Assembly: GCA_040753675.1 (NCBI GenBank)
Contig: JBFMEB010000002.1
Location: 41,888-105,887, forward strand
DNA from: Candidatus Omnitrophota bacterium
GTDB taxonomy: Bacteria > Omnitrophota > Gorgyraeia > JAHJTE01
Direction of reading: 5' to 3'
DNA: 64,000 nucleotides
This document shows positions 22,577 through 32,582 of the stretch, one piece after another. A program made the position numbers and the translations under genes. Under the pieces are notes generated by a model, which did no database searches, was not told the DNA's origin, and was given only the letters and a program-made list of their open reading frames with translations. Within the stretch, counting starts at the first letter, position 1. Each line of letters opens with the position of its first letter.

Positions 22577-24877
22577 ATGAAAAAAAATCTCATTTTTTCT
22601 TTGATATTAATTGGCTTTAGTGCTATGGCTGGCCAGATAGTCTTAATGCGCCAGCTTATGGTAATATTCTATGGCAATGAACTTTCTTTAGGCATAACCT
22701 TGGCTATTTGGCTATTTTGGACAGGACTTGGTAGTCTGATAATAGGTAAATGGCTATCAGCAAAGATAAAACAAAAGTTTACTCTTTTTTGTTTTGGAGA
22801 AATTTTATTGGGTTTGCTTTTGCCTTTGAGCCTCTTCGCCGCAAGACTCATTCCTTTATGCTTTAATTATTCAGCCGGAGAGATAATCGGCCTCTTACCT
22901 ATGAGTTTAGCAACATTTTTATTATTAGCGCCTACTTGTATTTTAATAGGTTTTCTTTTTGTTTTAGGTTGCGAGGTTTATGTTAGTTTAGAAAATAGAA
23001 ATCTTGAGAAGGCAAGTGAGATTGGTTATGTATATATCTTAGAGGCGCTGGGTGCTTCTATAGGAGGATTAATAATCAGCTTTTTTCTAATTCGTATACT
23101 TACACCTATTTACATAATGGCTTTAATTACTTTTTTAAATCTTTTAGCTGCCTTTTTGCTTTTAGTAAATAATAAAATTTTAAAAATTTTTACAGGCATT
23201 ATTATCATAACTTTTTTGTTTTTAATTTTCTCTGGCAACTTAGAACTATTGAATCAAAAGACGCTAAATTTAGAGTGGAGAGGTTATGAGCTTCTTGCTT
23301 ACCAGGATTCAATATATGGCAACATTGCTGTTACAAAGAAAGAGGATGTTTTTACTATTTTTAATAATGGGCTGTATGATTTTAGTGTACCTGATGAATT
23401 GAGTAGCGAAAGAATGGCACATTTTCCGTTGTTGGAACACCCTCTACCTAAGAAGGTTTTGCTTATAGGTGGCGGTTCAAGTGGTCAGATAAATGAGGTG
23501 TTAAAACATCCAGTAGACTTAGTAGACTATGTTGAGCTTGACCCTCTTTTAATTAAAATGGCAAAAAAATACCTTTCCTCTACTAAAGCATTCAACGATA
23601 AAAGAGTCAGAGTTATTTCTAATATGGATGCAAGACTATTCATAAAAAGGACAGATAATATTTATGATGTAATTATAATAAGTTTACCAGCTCCAAACAC
23701 TGCCCAGCTTAACAGGTTCTATACCAAGGAATTCTACGAAGAAGCAAAAAAGATTCTGGACGAAAAAGGAGTACTATCTTTCTGCCTTTATTCAAACCCT
23801 AATTATATTAGCTCAGAACAGGCTCAACTTTATATGACATTAAAGAATACGCTTTGGGCTGTTTTTCCTGAAGTAGTGATTACGCCAGGAGAAGTAAATT
23901 ATTTTTTAGCTTCTAATATTAAAGGTCTACTTACTTTAGATTGGCAAAAACTTATACAGCGACTTAAAGAGAGAAACATACAAGCAAAATATATGAGAGA
24001 ATATTATCTTTATAGCGAGCTTAGTAATGAAAGGATTGATGCATTTGGAAAGAATCTACTTCTTGAGTCAACAAGTGTCATAAACAGGGATTTTAAACCA
24101 ATTGCTTATTATTATAATCTGGTTTTATGGAGCACATATTTTAAATACAATCTTAAAAAAGTATTTCAATATATAGATGCCAAGAAGATTTATCTGATAG
24201 TCGCGGCTGTCTTTATTCTTTTGCTTTTACCTTCTTGTTTTAGCAGTTTAAAGAAAAGATTGCCTCATTTTGGGGTGTTAACCTGTGTTAGCACAACTGG
24301 TTTTGCTGAAATAACTTTTCAGATTGTAACCTTGATTTCTTTTCAGGTTATATATGGTTTTGTATATTATAAACTTGGGATTATCTTGACTTCTTATATG
24401 ATTGGCTTGATTTTTGGCAGCTGGCTAATTACAAAAAGATTAGAGAGAAATACAGCGCCTAAGAGAGGATATTATTCTTTATTTCTTAAAACTCAAGTTT
24501 TGATATTTACTTATCCATTAATATTGCTGTTTTTTATTTGGTTATTTTCAAATTTTAAAAAAGGTTTTGGCCTATGGATAGGTTCAAATATCATCTTTCC
24601 ATTTTTGCCAATAATTGCTGGTTTTATAGGTGGCTTTCAATTTCCTTTGGCTAATAAACTTTATCTAAAATCTAATGATTTAGACCTTGCACACTCTGCT
24701 GGCATTACTTATGCTTTAGACCTTTTTGGCTCTTGCATCGGAGCAGTTATTAGCACTGTATTCTTGGTTCCTATTATTGGAATACCATTGACATGCATTT
24801 TAGTGGCGGTTTTAAATCTGGTGGGTTTGATATTGCTTTTGACTTACTCAGCAAAAACCTCGGCGCTAAAAATATAG
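22577..24877 (+). CDS. spermidine-synthase-family (aminopropyltransferase-like) protein with N- and C-terminal polytopic membrane domains
   Basis: 766 aa. Central Rossmann region VLLIGGGSSG...DVIIISLPAP flanked by many TM helices (COG4262-like architecture). Confidence 0.65.
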   Translation: MKKNLIFSLILIGFSAMAGQIVLMRQLMVIFYGNELSLGITLAIWLFWTGLGSLIIGKWLSAKIKQKFTLFCFGEILLGLLLPLSLFAARLIPLCFNYSAGEIIGLLPMSLATFLLLAPTCILIGFLFVLGCEVYVSLENRNLEKASEIGYVYILEALGASIGGLIISFFLIRILTPIYIMALITFLNLLAAFLLLVNNKILKIFTGIIIITFLFLIFSGNLELLNQKTLNLEWRGYELLAYQDSIYGNIAVTKKEDVFTIFNNGLYDFSVPDELSSERMAHFPLLEHPLPKKVLLIGGGSSGQINEVLKHPVDLVDYVELDPLLIKMAKKYLSSTKAFNDKRVRVISNMDARLFIKRTDNIYDVIIISLPAPNTAQLNRFYTKEFYEEAKKILDEKGVLSFCLYSNPNYISSEQAQLYMTLKNTLWAVFPEVVITPGEVNYFLASNIKGLLTLDWQKLIQRLKERNIQAKYMREYYLYSELSNERIDAFGKNLLLESTSVINRDFKPIAYYYNLVLWSTYFKYNLKKVFQYIDAKKIYLIVAAVFILLLLPSCFSSLKKRLPHFGVLTCVSTTGFAEITFQIVTLISFQVIYGFVYYKLGIILTSYMIGLIFGSWLITKRLERNTAPKRGYYSLFLKTQVLIFTYPLILLFFIWLFSNFKKGFGLWIGSNIIFPFLPIIAGFIGGFQFPLANKLYLKSNDLDLAHSAGITYALDLFGSCIGAVISTVFLVPIIGIPLTCILVAVLNLVGLILLLTYSAKTSALKI

Positions 24878-26313
24878 ATATCGCATTTACCTCTTTTCCA
24901 GGCATCTATGCTCATACCGGCTTTTTGACCACAGAGGGAATTCATAAATTCTTCTTTGCTCCAACCTGTTTCGGTTGCTACTTGCGGCAAATAAACTCCG
25001 CTTCTAAAAAAGTCTTTTACAATCACGCCGTGTTTACCCATAATTATTTCATCCGTATTGGTCGTCTTTTTTAAAGGTGAGAGCACTGATATCTCGATGT
25101 GGATATCTTTTAGTTCCTCTTTTGTAACCGGGCTAAACCTCGGGTCTTCAGTGGCTGATGCGATTGCCATATCTCTAACAGTTATATAAAGAGGGCCTAT
25201 GGCTTCAATGTGGCCGATACAACCGCGAAGCTCGCCTTTCTTATGTAAGGTAACAAAAGCACCCATGGGTTTTTTTAATAAAGGGTCATCTTCTTTTACT
25301 TCTAAGACCTTTCCCGTAGTGAGGTAGTGCGTGATTGTATTTCGTGCGATTTTTAAGAGTTTCTGTTTTTGCTCTTTGGTTAACAAATCTTTTTCTTTCA
25401 TTGGATTATTCTCCGAAATGGTTTTATCAGTTTCTTTTAGAAAAGCAGCGCTTAAATAACCTACGACTCTGCTTTTATCAAGCGTAGAATCTCCTGAATT
25501 TGCTTCTCTTAAGATCTCTATGCTGCTTGCTCCTAATTTTTTTGCTGCAATCATAGTGGAAGTAACTGTAGCCAGGCCACACATTCGGTTTTGGTTGGAA
25601 CTTGCTAAGAATAATTTCTCTGGCTCAAATTCTTTTATTAAGTTGATTGCTTCAGAATCAACGCCTATTGCCTGCTCATACGGCAAATAATGGCTCATAT
25701 CGGTGCTTGCTACAATTAAAAAATCTTTTTCACCTTTTAGTATTTCATATAGACTTGTGCCTAAGACTTCGCAACTTTCTAAAGTCTGATTTCCGATGGC
25801 AAGAAGCACTATTTTTGGATTTCCTAAAGCCGCTTGGATAAAAGGTAAAGTAAGTTCAATAGAATTTTCATCTTCGAAGAAAATACTGTTGCCAAAAATC
25901 TTCTTATTAGTCTTTAATAAATTTTCTCTTAATTCTTTGTTAGTATATAAGACGCCTAAGGGAGTTCGTATACCGTCTTTATTAAATACAGCAATACCAT
26001 CATAATCTTTTCTGTGGCTGAAGCCCACAACTATTACTGTGTCTATTTTTTTATTTTGCACAAGTTTAAATCCGTATGCCGCAACAGGCCCGGAATATTG
26101 AAGGCCTGCATGGGGTGAGATGATGGCTAAGACTTCGCCACTTACTTGTGGAGGATTGGCTACCTCTAAATAACCTTTAATCTGATTATAAAGTTTTTGG
26201 CTGTTCGCCGGATACCATGTTCCGGCCAGATCTGAGTCTTTGATGTCTTGGCAAAAGGCAGGAGAGGAGAATAGGAAGAGAAAGAGTAAAATTAAGAATA
26301 ATTTTAAACGCAT
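24844..26313 (-). CDS. MEMO1-like (AmmeMemoRadiSam protein B) fused to AMMECR1 (protein A), with Sec signal peptide
   Basis: Signal peptide MRLKLFLILLFLFLFSSPAFC. MEMO-type His motifs (SPHAGLQYSG, DMSHY). C-terminal AMMECR1 motif LRGCIGHIE. 3' end overlaps the convergent upstream gene by 34 bp. Confidence 0.8.
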   Translation of the reverse strand: MRLKLFLILLFLFLFSSPAFCQDIKDSDLAGTWYPANSQKLYNQIKGYLEVANPPQVSGEVLAIISPHAGLQYSGPVAAYGFKLVQNKKIDTVIVVGFSHRKDYDGIAVFNKDGIRTPLGVLYTNKELRENLLKTNKKIFGNSIFFEDENSIELTLPFIQAALGNPKIVLLAIGNQTLESCEVLGTSLYEILKGEKDFLIVASTDMSHYLPYEQAIGVDSEAINLIKEFEPEKLFLASSNQNRMCGLATVTSTMIAAKKLGASSIEILREANSGDSTLDKSRVVGYLSAAFLKETDKTISENNPMKEKDLLTKEQKQKLLKIARNTITHYLTTGKVLEVKEDDPLLKKPMGAFVTLHKKGELRGCIGHIEAIGPLYITVRDMAIASATEDPRFSPVTKEELKDIHIEISVLSPLKKTTNTDEIIMGKHGVIVKDFFRSGVYLPQVATETGWSKEEFMNSLCGQKAGMSIDAWKRGKCDIYIFSAEVFAE

Positions 26314-26406
26314 TTTAGGTCTTTGTGGTAATTATTTCCCAGAGTTAATGCGCCTGTGCAATCCTATGAAGAAGCTTTGAGATAAAAGTCTGGTACCGGA
26401 TGCCCA

Positions 26407-26568
26407 TTATCTGACCTTTCGCAATGCCTGGCTTGCTGATATGTTTACCACCTTGCCGTTGCGCCATACCGATAGAGGACGGCCAGTACGTTTGTGTTCT
26501 AACACAACTTCATAGACTGCCTCTTTAAGTGCTTTAAAGGCCTTTGCTTGTAACGTTTTCTTAGTCAT
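26407..26568 (-). CDS. small hypothetical protein (53 aa), possible partner of zeta-like kinase
   Basis: Hand-translated ORF MTKKTLQAKAFKALKEAVYEVVLEHKRTGRPLSVWRNGKVVNISASQALRKVR. Starts 7 bp after the zeta-like gene stop. Below the track length cutoff. Confidence 0.35.
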   Translation of the reverse strand: MTKKTLQAKAFKALKEAVYEVVLEHKRTGRPLSVWRNGKVVNISASQALRKVR

Positions 26569-26574
26569 TATGAT

Positions 26575-27147
26575 TTACCTCGCTGCTTTTAGTATCTTTT
26601 CAAATAAATCCTTGTTAACAACTTCTGTCTTTGTGTCCTTCTCGCGGGCAATCAGCTGCGGCACAGCATCTGCATTATTGAATAGCAACCAGGTATCGGC
26701 CAATTGCCTGTAATAAACAAGAAAATTATGCAATCCTCTATAAAATCTCCTTTTTACATCTACAGCCGGTACATCATGTCCGCCAGCAGCAACTCTGTCT
26801 TTTATGCGTTTCAGCGCAAGTTCAGAGTTTGGGATCCAAAGGAAAAATATATTTATAGAATAACCTCTTTTCTTTAACTCTTTCACAAAAGTTACATACG
26901 ATTTACCTGATAAGGTGGTTTCAAAAGCAAAGTCAACATTCTTATCTGCCATATTCCGTATTTGCTCCAACACAAGTCTACCAGCTCTTATAGCTGCTGC
27001 CTTCGGTGAAAATGGCGATAAACCTTGAGCAATTAGATCAGCATTTACGAAATTCTGGCATTTTGCGTAATCCGGAAGGAATTTCTTAGCAAAAGTAGTT
27101 TTGCCGGAACCGTTAGGACCTGCAATTATATAAACGTTCTTAGCCAT
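26575..27147 (-). CDS. zeta-toxin-like P-loop kinase (AAA/zeta_toxin family)
   Basis: Walker A IIAGPNGSGKTT, zeta-toxin-like fold length (190 aa). Confidence 0.65.
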   Translation of the reverse strand: MAKNVYIIAGPNGSGKTTFAKKFLPDYAKCQNFVNADLIAQGLSPFSPKAAAIRAGRLVLEQIRNMADKNVDFAFETTLSGKSYVTFVKELKKRGYSINIFFLWIPNSELALKRIKDRVAAGGHDVPAVDVKRRFYRGLHNFLVYYRQLADTWLLFNNADAVPQLIAREKDTKTEVVNKDLFEKILKAAR

Positions 27148-27380
27148 AGTTAGAATTATATCCTAAACAAAAGCCCTTCGCAAGCGTTTTGCCTGCAAAG
27201 GGCTTTCAGATGATTGGCTCCACCGCGAGGTCGTCGCTCCCTTTCTGTCGCTCCTCTTTAAAAGGAAACCCTGATGGTTTCCTTTTAATATTTTTCTTCC
27301 TTCTGCAGGTAGAAGTAGAATAAGGGGAAAATGCAACATTTTCCCCTTATCATCCCCTTTCTTTTCCTCGCGGGCTCGCC

Positions 27381-27428
27381 AAAAATAAGAAAGGCCCAGA
27401 TTTCTCTGGGCCTATTTTTGGCTCCCCG
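27381..27428 (-). repeat. copy of 'tRNA-Asn 3' end + terminator hairpin' module (att-scar-like)
   Basis: Minus strand reads GGGGAGCCAAAAATAGGCCCAGAGAAATCTGGGCCTTTCTTATTTTT. Near-identical to 59890-59936 with compensatory stem changes. Confidence 0.55.
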
Positions 27429-27844
27429 TGCAACACTCCGAGCGAACAAAAATCCTCAAAGCCATTGCTGAAATTATACCATACCATTATCGTTACTTCA
27501 ATAGAACTAAAACGTTATATTTAGGCGAAAGGCCGTCTTTTATCCCGAAAAATAGGATAATTACGAAAAAAGAGATGCGACATTTTAACTACCTCAACTC
27601 TTATGTAAATCCGATAGTCAGGGCTAAGGAATACCTGGAATTGCTTAAAAAGGAAGGCTTAAGCCAGAATAAGCTGGCTAAGCGGCTTGGAATTTCAAGG
27701 GTAAGGATAACGCAGTTTCTAAACCTGCTTAAACTGCCTAAAAGGCAGCAAAACTATATCTTAAGGCATGGGAAAAAGGAATTGATAACCGAAAGGGCTA
27801 TACGAAAGGGCATATTTGCTGCCAGTGGGGTGCAAAAATTATGA
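27428..27844 (+). CDS. truncated ParB/KorB-like HTH protein
   Basis: LAKRLGISRVRITQFLNLLKLPKRQQ resembles the ParB HTH and 'LLKLP..VQ' motif. No N-terminal ParB/Srx domain. Confidence 0.45.
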   Translation: MQHSERTKILKAIAEIIPYHYRYFNRTKTLYLGERPSFIPKNRIITKKEMRHFNYLNSYVNPIVRAKEYLELLKKEGLSQNKLAKRLGISRVRITQFLNLLKLPKRQQNYILRHGKKELITERAIRKGIFAASGVQKL

Positions 27845-27907
27845 GAACTGCTAAGGTGTGTTGTATCCTCTTTATAAATCAATGAGTTGTGAAAGGAGTA
27901 ATAATTC

Positions 27908-28975
27908 ATGTTTGGCAATAATACTTATACCAAAGATAACTGGATTTTTCAAGAGTTTTTGCTGCTTTTAGGCCATCTGGTCCATAGTAACCTTTTAAGG
28001 CAGATAGATTATCTTAAAGTGGAAAATCGAATACTCCGAAGTAAGTTGGGGCAAAGGGTAAATATCACCATATCAGAGAAACGAAGGCTCATCAAATATG
28101 GTCTGCCTTTAGGTGGGAGTATCAGGAATTTCATATCTATTGTCAGTTATTCTACCTTTCGTAGATGGGTTAGTAACGGCATATCCAAAAATAAAACCAA
28201 TACTGCCAGGGGCAGAAGACGAACTCCTGAGGAGATAAGGGAATTGATCGTAAGGTTAGCCAAGGAGAATAACTGGGGTTACACCAGGATATTGGGTGAA
28301 CTGAAGAAACTACGAATATACAGTATCTCCAGAAATACAGTTAAGAATATCTTGCGCGAAAATGGCCTTGATCCGGCTCCAAGACGCTCTGAGGATACCT
28401 GGGATGCTTTTATCAAGAGGCATTTTAAGACCCTCTGGGCGTGTGATTTCTTTACCAAGACTGTATGGACAATGTTAGGTCCTAAAACCTTCTATTGTTT
28501 ATTCTTCATCAATATCTGGACGCGCAAGGTCCATATCGCAGGGATTACAAAACATCCTGATAAGGAATGGGTAAATGACAAGGCAAGGGCTGTATCTTTC
28601 TTCTTTAAGGCTGACGATGGCTCAAGGAAGCTTTTGATTCGGGACAGCGATACAAAATTCTCAAGGGAATTCGATGAGATAATAAATAGATACGGCGCAG
28701 AGGTTAAAAGAATCCCTTACCGCTCACCAAATCTAAATCCTTACGCTGAAGGATGGGTTGGGACGATCAAACGAGAATGCCTGGATTACTTCTTTGTCTT
28801 CGGTGAAAAACATTTCAGATACCTCGTCAAAGAATACGTCAAATACTACAACACTGTAAGACCACATTCGTCTTTGGATAACATGCCCATAAATTACAGG
28901 GCAAAAAACGGCAACGGAAAACTCAAATGTGATTCACGACTTGGAGGCCTTATCAGGCATTATTACCGCGAATGA
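27908..28975 (+). CDS. DDE transposase, IS3/IS481 family (rve integrase core)
   Basis: N-terminal HTH (GYTRILGELKKLRIYSISRNTVKNIL), DDE core with D..D..E spacing and KYYNTVRPHSSL tail motif. Terminal inverted repeats not identified. Confidence 0.8.
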   Translation: MFGNNTYTKDNWIFQEFLLLLGHLVHSNLLRQIDYLKVENRILRSKLGQRVNITISEKRRLIKYGLPLGGSIRNFISIVSYSTFRRWVSNGISKNKTNTARGRRRTPEEIRELIVRLAKENNWGYTRILGELKKLRIYSISRNTVKNILRENGLDPAPRRSEDTWDAFIKRHFKTLWACDFFTKTVWTMLGPKTFYCLFFINIWTRKVHIAGITKHPDKEWVNDKARAVSFFFKADDGSRKLLIRDSDTKFSREFDEIINRYGAEVKRIPYRSPNLNPYAEGWVGTIKRECLDYFFVFGEKHFRYLVKEYVKYYNTVRPHSSLDNMPINYRAKNGNGKLKCDSRLGGLIRHYYRE

Positions 28976-28991
28976 ACGAAAGGGGTAAACC

Positions 28992-29258
28992 ATGCGATTT
29001 AGAAGAATCGAAGCATATCTGATTTTAGGATGTTACTTGGCAATTGGTGCATTGGCAGGATATTTTGTCGGCAAGGAAAGGCCGGTTACGAAGCCAAACA
29101 CCGTCACCGTGGATGTCGTCAAGGAAGGCGATGAAATTCTGATTTACGAGCATTATTCAGGGGAGTTGGTATTTGAGTATAATAAGAATAAGGAAGTGGA
29201 TAAGACCGCCTATAAGGAATTTGAGGATACATGGGAGGAAATAAAAAGTTTGAAGTAA
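28992..29258 (+). CDS. small hypothetical membrane-anchored protein
   Basis: N-terminal hydrophobic helix. No recognisable domain. Confidence 0.35.
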   Translation: MRFRRIEAYLILGCYLAIGALAGYFVGKERPVTKPNTVTVDVVKEGDEILIYEHYSGELVFEYNKNKEVDKTAYKEFEDTWEEIKSLK

Positions 29259-29321
29259 TTCAAAAACGATTGCCTTCATTTTAGTAATGCAAGCTTATCA
29301 AAACTAGAATATTATCTCCCT

Positions 29322-29999
29322 TTATTTATTGTTTTTTAATTTCTCAGGGTGATGTTTAACGATCTTTGCAGAAACCATATAGATAACATCTTCTGCAATG
29401 TTTGTAGCGTGGTCACAAATGCGCTCTAAATGACGGGCAATCAAGAGTAGGGGCACGGCGCCTGATACAGTAGTTGAATCCTTACTCATATAATCTTCGA
29501 TTAATTCTTTTTGAACCAAATTACGCAATCTATCCGCTTCGCTATCAAGCAAAATTACCTTTCCTGCTAAATCCGCATCCTTATTTACAAAGGCGTCCAA
29601 GGCATCTTTTGTCATCTGTTTAGCGACACTGGTTAATTTTGGAATATCGATAAGAGGTTTAAGTAATGGCTTACCTGCCAGTTCTAAAACGCGCTGAGCG
29701 ATATCTACAGCTAAATCTGCTATTCTCTCTAAATCCGTAGAGATCTTCATCGACATTGTTATGAAGCGCAAATCAACAGCCATTGGTTGCCTTAATGCCA
29801 ATAAATCAAGGCACTTTTCATCAATTTCATTTTCTAATTCATCAATAATCCTATCGTCAGCAATAACCTTATTGGCCTCTTCTATGCTAAGTTGTTTGAG
29901 GGCTTCTATGGAGCTAGATATAGCCTCTTCTACCAACGCGCCCATCTTTAGTAATACTTTCTTTAAATTCGCTAATTCTTCATCAAAATGTCTTTCCAT
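29322..29999 (-). CDS. phoU: phosphate signaling complex protein PhoU
   Basis: 225 aa, duplicated PhoU repeats. Downstream of pstB. Confidence 0.9.
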   Translation of the reverse strand: MERHFDEELANLKKVLLKMGALVEEAISSSIEALKQLSIEEANKVIADDRIIDELENEIDEKCLDLLALRQPMAVDLRFITMSMKISTDLERIADLAVDIAQRVLELAGKPLLKPLIDIPKLTSVAKQMTKDALDAFVNKDADLAGKVILLDSEADRLRNLVQKELIEDYMSKDSTTVSGAVPLLLIARHLERICDHATNIAEDVIYMVSAKIVKHHPEKLKNNK

Positions 30000-30023
30000 C
30001 GACTACCTCTTCTTTTATCTTTT

Positions 30024-30782
30024 TTATCCAAACCTTCCGGTAATATAATCTTCGGTTCTTTTATCCTTTGGCGCTTTAAAAATTTCTTCGGTTTTACCAA
30101 ACTCAATTAACTCGCCAAGTAGGAAAAATCCAGTTTGATCCGAAACCCTTGCTGCCTGTTGCATATTATGGGTCACTATTATTATGGTATAATTTTGTTT
30201 TAGATGAAATATCAACTCTTCAATTTTGCCTGTAGAGATAGGATCCAAGGCAGAGCAGGGCTCATCAAATAAAATTAGTTCCGGCTTAACCGCTAAAGCA
30301 CGCGCAATACACAGCCTCTGCTGCTGGCCTCCGGAAAGACTCACCCCGGAAGCATTGAGCTTATCTTTTACCTCATCCCATAAAGCAGCCATCTTAAGGG
30401 TCTGTTCCACTATTTCATCAAGATTATCCTTTCTTTTAATGCCGTTTAATTTTAGGCCCGCTGCCACATTGTCGTATATAGAGAGCACCGGGAAGGGATT
30501 TGGTTTCTGAAATACCATACCCACCTTTCGCCTTATCTCAATGGGATCAACATCAGCCGAATAAATATCTTTACCATCTAATAAAACTTCTCCCGAAACC
30601 TTGGCGTTCAGCACGACTTCATGCAGCCTGTTTATACAACGAATAAAGGTTGACTTGCCGCAGCCAGAAGGACCGATAATAGCGGTAACCATCTTTTCAG
30701 CAATGGACATATTGATATTCTTTAACGCCTGGGTATTACCAAAATATGCATTCAAGTTGGAAACTATAACTTCTTCTTTCAT
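30024..30782 (-). CDS. pstB: phosphate ABC transporter ATP-binding protein
   Basis: Walker [13 protein letters not shown] signature LSGGQQQR. Confidence 0.95.
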   Translation of the reverse strand: MKEEVIVSNLNAYFGNTQALKNINMSIAEKMVTAIIGPSGCGKSTFIRCINRLHEVVLNAKVSGEVLLDGKDIYSADVDPIEIRRKVGMVFQKPNPFPVLSIYDNVAAGLKLNGIKRKDNLDEIVEQTLKMAALWDEVKDKLNASGVSLSGGQQQRLCIARALAVKPELILFDEPCSALDPISTGKIEELIFHLKQNYTIIIVTHNMQQAARVSDQTGFFLLGELIEFGKTEEIFKAPKDKRTEDYITGRFG

Positions 30783-30791
30783 GTTAATTCC

Positions 30792-31643
30792 TTATCTTGA
30801 TATTAATGATTTGTAGCGTAATTTAATCACGAACCGGCTGATAAAACTGATTAAGAAAACCATAACAATCAATACAAATGCTCCAGCCCAGGCCTGCCTG
30901 TGCCAGTCATCAAAAGGAGAAATGGCATAGGAGAATATCTGTAATGGAAGCGCTGCAATAGGCTGAGTAAGGTTTTGATGCCAGAACCTGTTGCCTAAAA
31001 CAGTAAAAAGTAACGGCGCAGTCTCACCTGCTATGCGCGCTATAGCCAATAATATCCCCGTAAGTATGCCGGGCAGCGCGGTCTTAAGTACTATACTAAA
31101 CATTGCCCTGAATTGGTTAATGCCCAAAGCCAACGCCGCTTCGCGAATAGTGCGAGGCACCATTAATAACATCTCTTCAGTTGTGCGCATTATCGTTGGG
31201 ATCATAATTATTCCCAAAGCAAAAGCGCCGCTTATCGCTGAAAAGCTTTTCATCGGAATGACAAACAAGGTATAAGCAAATATCCCGATTACAATTGAGG
31301 GGATTCCGTTTAATACGTCCGCTGCGAATCTGACGGTTGTGCCTAATTTATTATTGCCAAATTCAGCCAAATAAATTCCACCTGCTATTCCTAAGGGTAT
31401 TGCCCACAAACTAGAAAGACCAATTAAAATAAGAGTTCCTACGATGGCATTACTCATGCCTCCGCCAACCTCGCCTACTGGCTTTGGCAGATGAGTAAAA
31501 AAATCAAGATTTATACTGGAGATCCCTTTAATGATGACGTAGCCAAAAATGCTTATCAGAGGCACCAAAGTTAAAATCGCGCAGAACAATGTAATTGTGC
31601 ACATTAATTTATTGATGACTTTTCTGTTTTTATAAGTGTTCAT
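30792..31643 (-). CDS. pstA: phosphate ABC transporter permease PstA
   Basis: 6-TM permease with EAA-like loop. Operon position. Confidence 0.9.
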   Translation of the reverse strand: MNTYKNRKVINKLMCTITLFCAILTLVPLISIFGYVIIKGISSINLDFFTHLPKPVGEVGGGMSNAIVGTLILIGLSSLWAIPLGIAGGIYLAEFGNNKLGTTVRFAADVLNGIPSIVIGIFAYTLFVIPMKSFSAISGAFALGIIMIPTIMRTTEEMLLMVPRTIREAALALGINQFRAMFSIVLKTALPGILTGILLAIARIAGETAPLLFTVLGNRFWHQNLTQPIAALPLQIFSYAISPFDDWHRQAWAGAFVLIVMVFLISFISRFVIKLRYKSLISR

Positions 31644-32566
31644 TCTCTAATCTGGCCTTTTACCTTGTTTGAAACTCTCCAAATCAAAAGCCGCGCGATA
31701 ATATTAATGACAAGGGTAACAAAAAACAATACCAGCCCTACTTCGATCAGCGCCGAAAGATACAAGTTGCTGGTAGCTTCAGCAAATTCGTTGGCGATAA
31801 CCGAAGCCATGGTATATGCTGGAGCAAATAATGAAGCGGAGATCTCCGGCCGGTTACCTATTACCATAGTAACTGCCATAGTTTCGCCCAATGCCCTTCC
31901 CAGCCCCAAGATTACTGCGCCCAAAATACCTGTCCGGCTATACCCTAATACCGCAAGTCTGATAACTTCCCAAGGCGTTGCCCCTAACGCTACTGCCGCT
32001 TCTCGCTGAGTAAAAGGCACAACCAGAAAAACTTCTCTGCATACCGAAGAAATAGTCGGTATAATCATGATGCTAAGTATAATACCAGCCGTTAACATAC
32101 CCACACCGTAGAATTGTCCCTGAAATAGAGGAAGAAATCCAAAGTATTTAGTCAAAAACGGCTGGACGGTTATCCTTAAAAATGGCGCCAGAACAAATAT
32201 CCCCCAAAGACCATAGATTACGCTGGGTATGGCGGCTAATAGCTCAATTAAAAAACTCAAAGGCTGCCTTATAAACTGCGGCGCTAATTCAGCCAGATAA
32301 ATGGCAATTCCTAAAGAAACCGGCACAGCAAGTAAAAGCGCTAAGAATGAAGTGACAACCGTTCCGTAAATAAACGGCAGAGCCCCGAATATCTCCTTAA
32401 CCGGATCCCATGTGCTGGTAAATAAAAAATTCCAGCCAAACTTCTGTATTGCAGGTCCAGCATTTCGGCTCATGCTATAAACCAAAAGCAGCGTTAAGGC
32501 AACCACTGACAAGCCCAATACAGTGGTCGTCTTTTTAAACCAGATATCAATAAATCTTATTCTCAT
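31640..32566 (-). CDS. pstC: phosphate ABC transporter permease PstC
   Basis: Polytopic permease. Overlaps pstA start by 4 bp. Confidence 0.9.
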   Translation of the reverse strand: MRIRFIDIWFKKTTTVLGLSVVALTLLLVYSMSRNAGPAIQKFGWNFLFTSTWDPVKEIFGALPFIYGTVVTSFLALLLAVPVSLGIAIYLAELAPQFIRQPLSFLIELLAAIPSVIYGLWGIFVLAPFLRITVQPFLTKYFGFLPLFQGQFYGVGMLTAGIILSIMIIPTISSVCREVFLVVPFTQREAAVALGATPWEVIRLAVLGYSRTGILGAVILGLGRALGETMAVTMVIGNRPEISASLFAPAYTMASVIANEFAEATSNLYLSALIEVGLVLFFVTLVINIIARLLIWRVSNKVKGQIRE

Positions 32567-32582
32567 TACTTAAGTCGCCCAT

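Noticed and set aside
27845-29000. Terminal inverted repeats delimiting the IS3/IS481-type transposase as an intact IS
   Set aside because: No convincing inverted repeats were found by eye near 27400-27910 or 28976-29010. The mobile_element call is limited to the transposase CDS.
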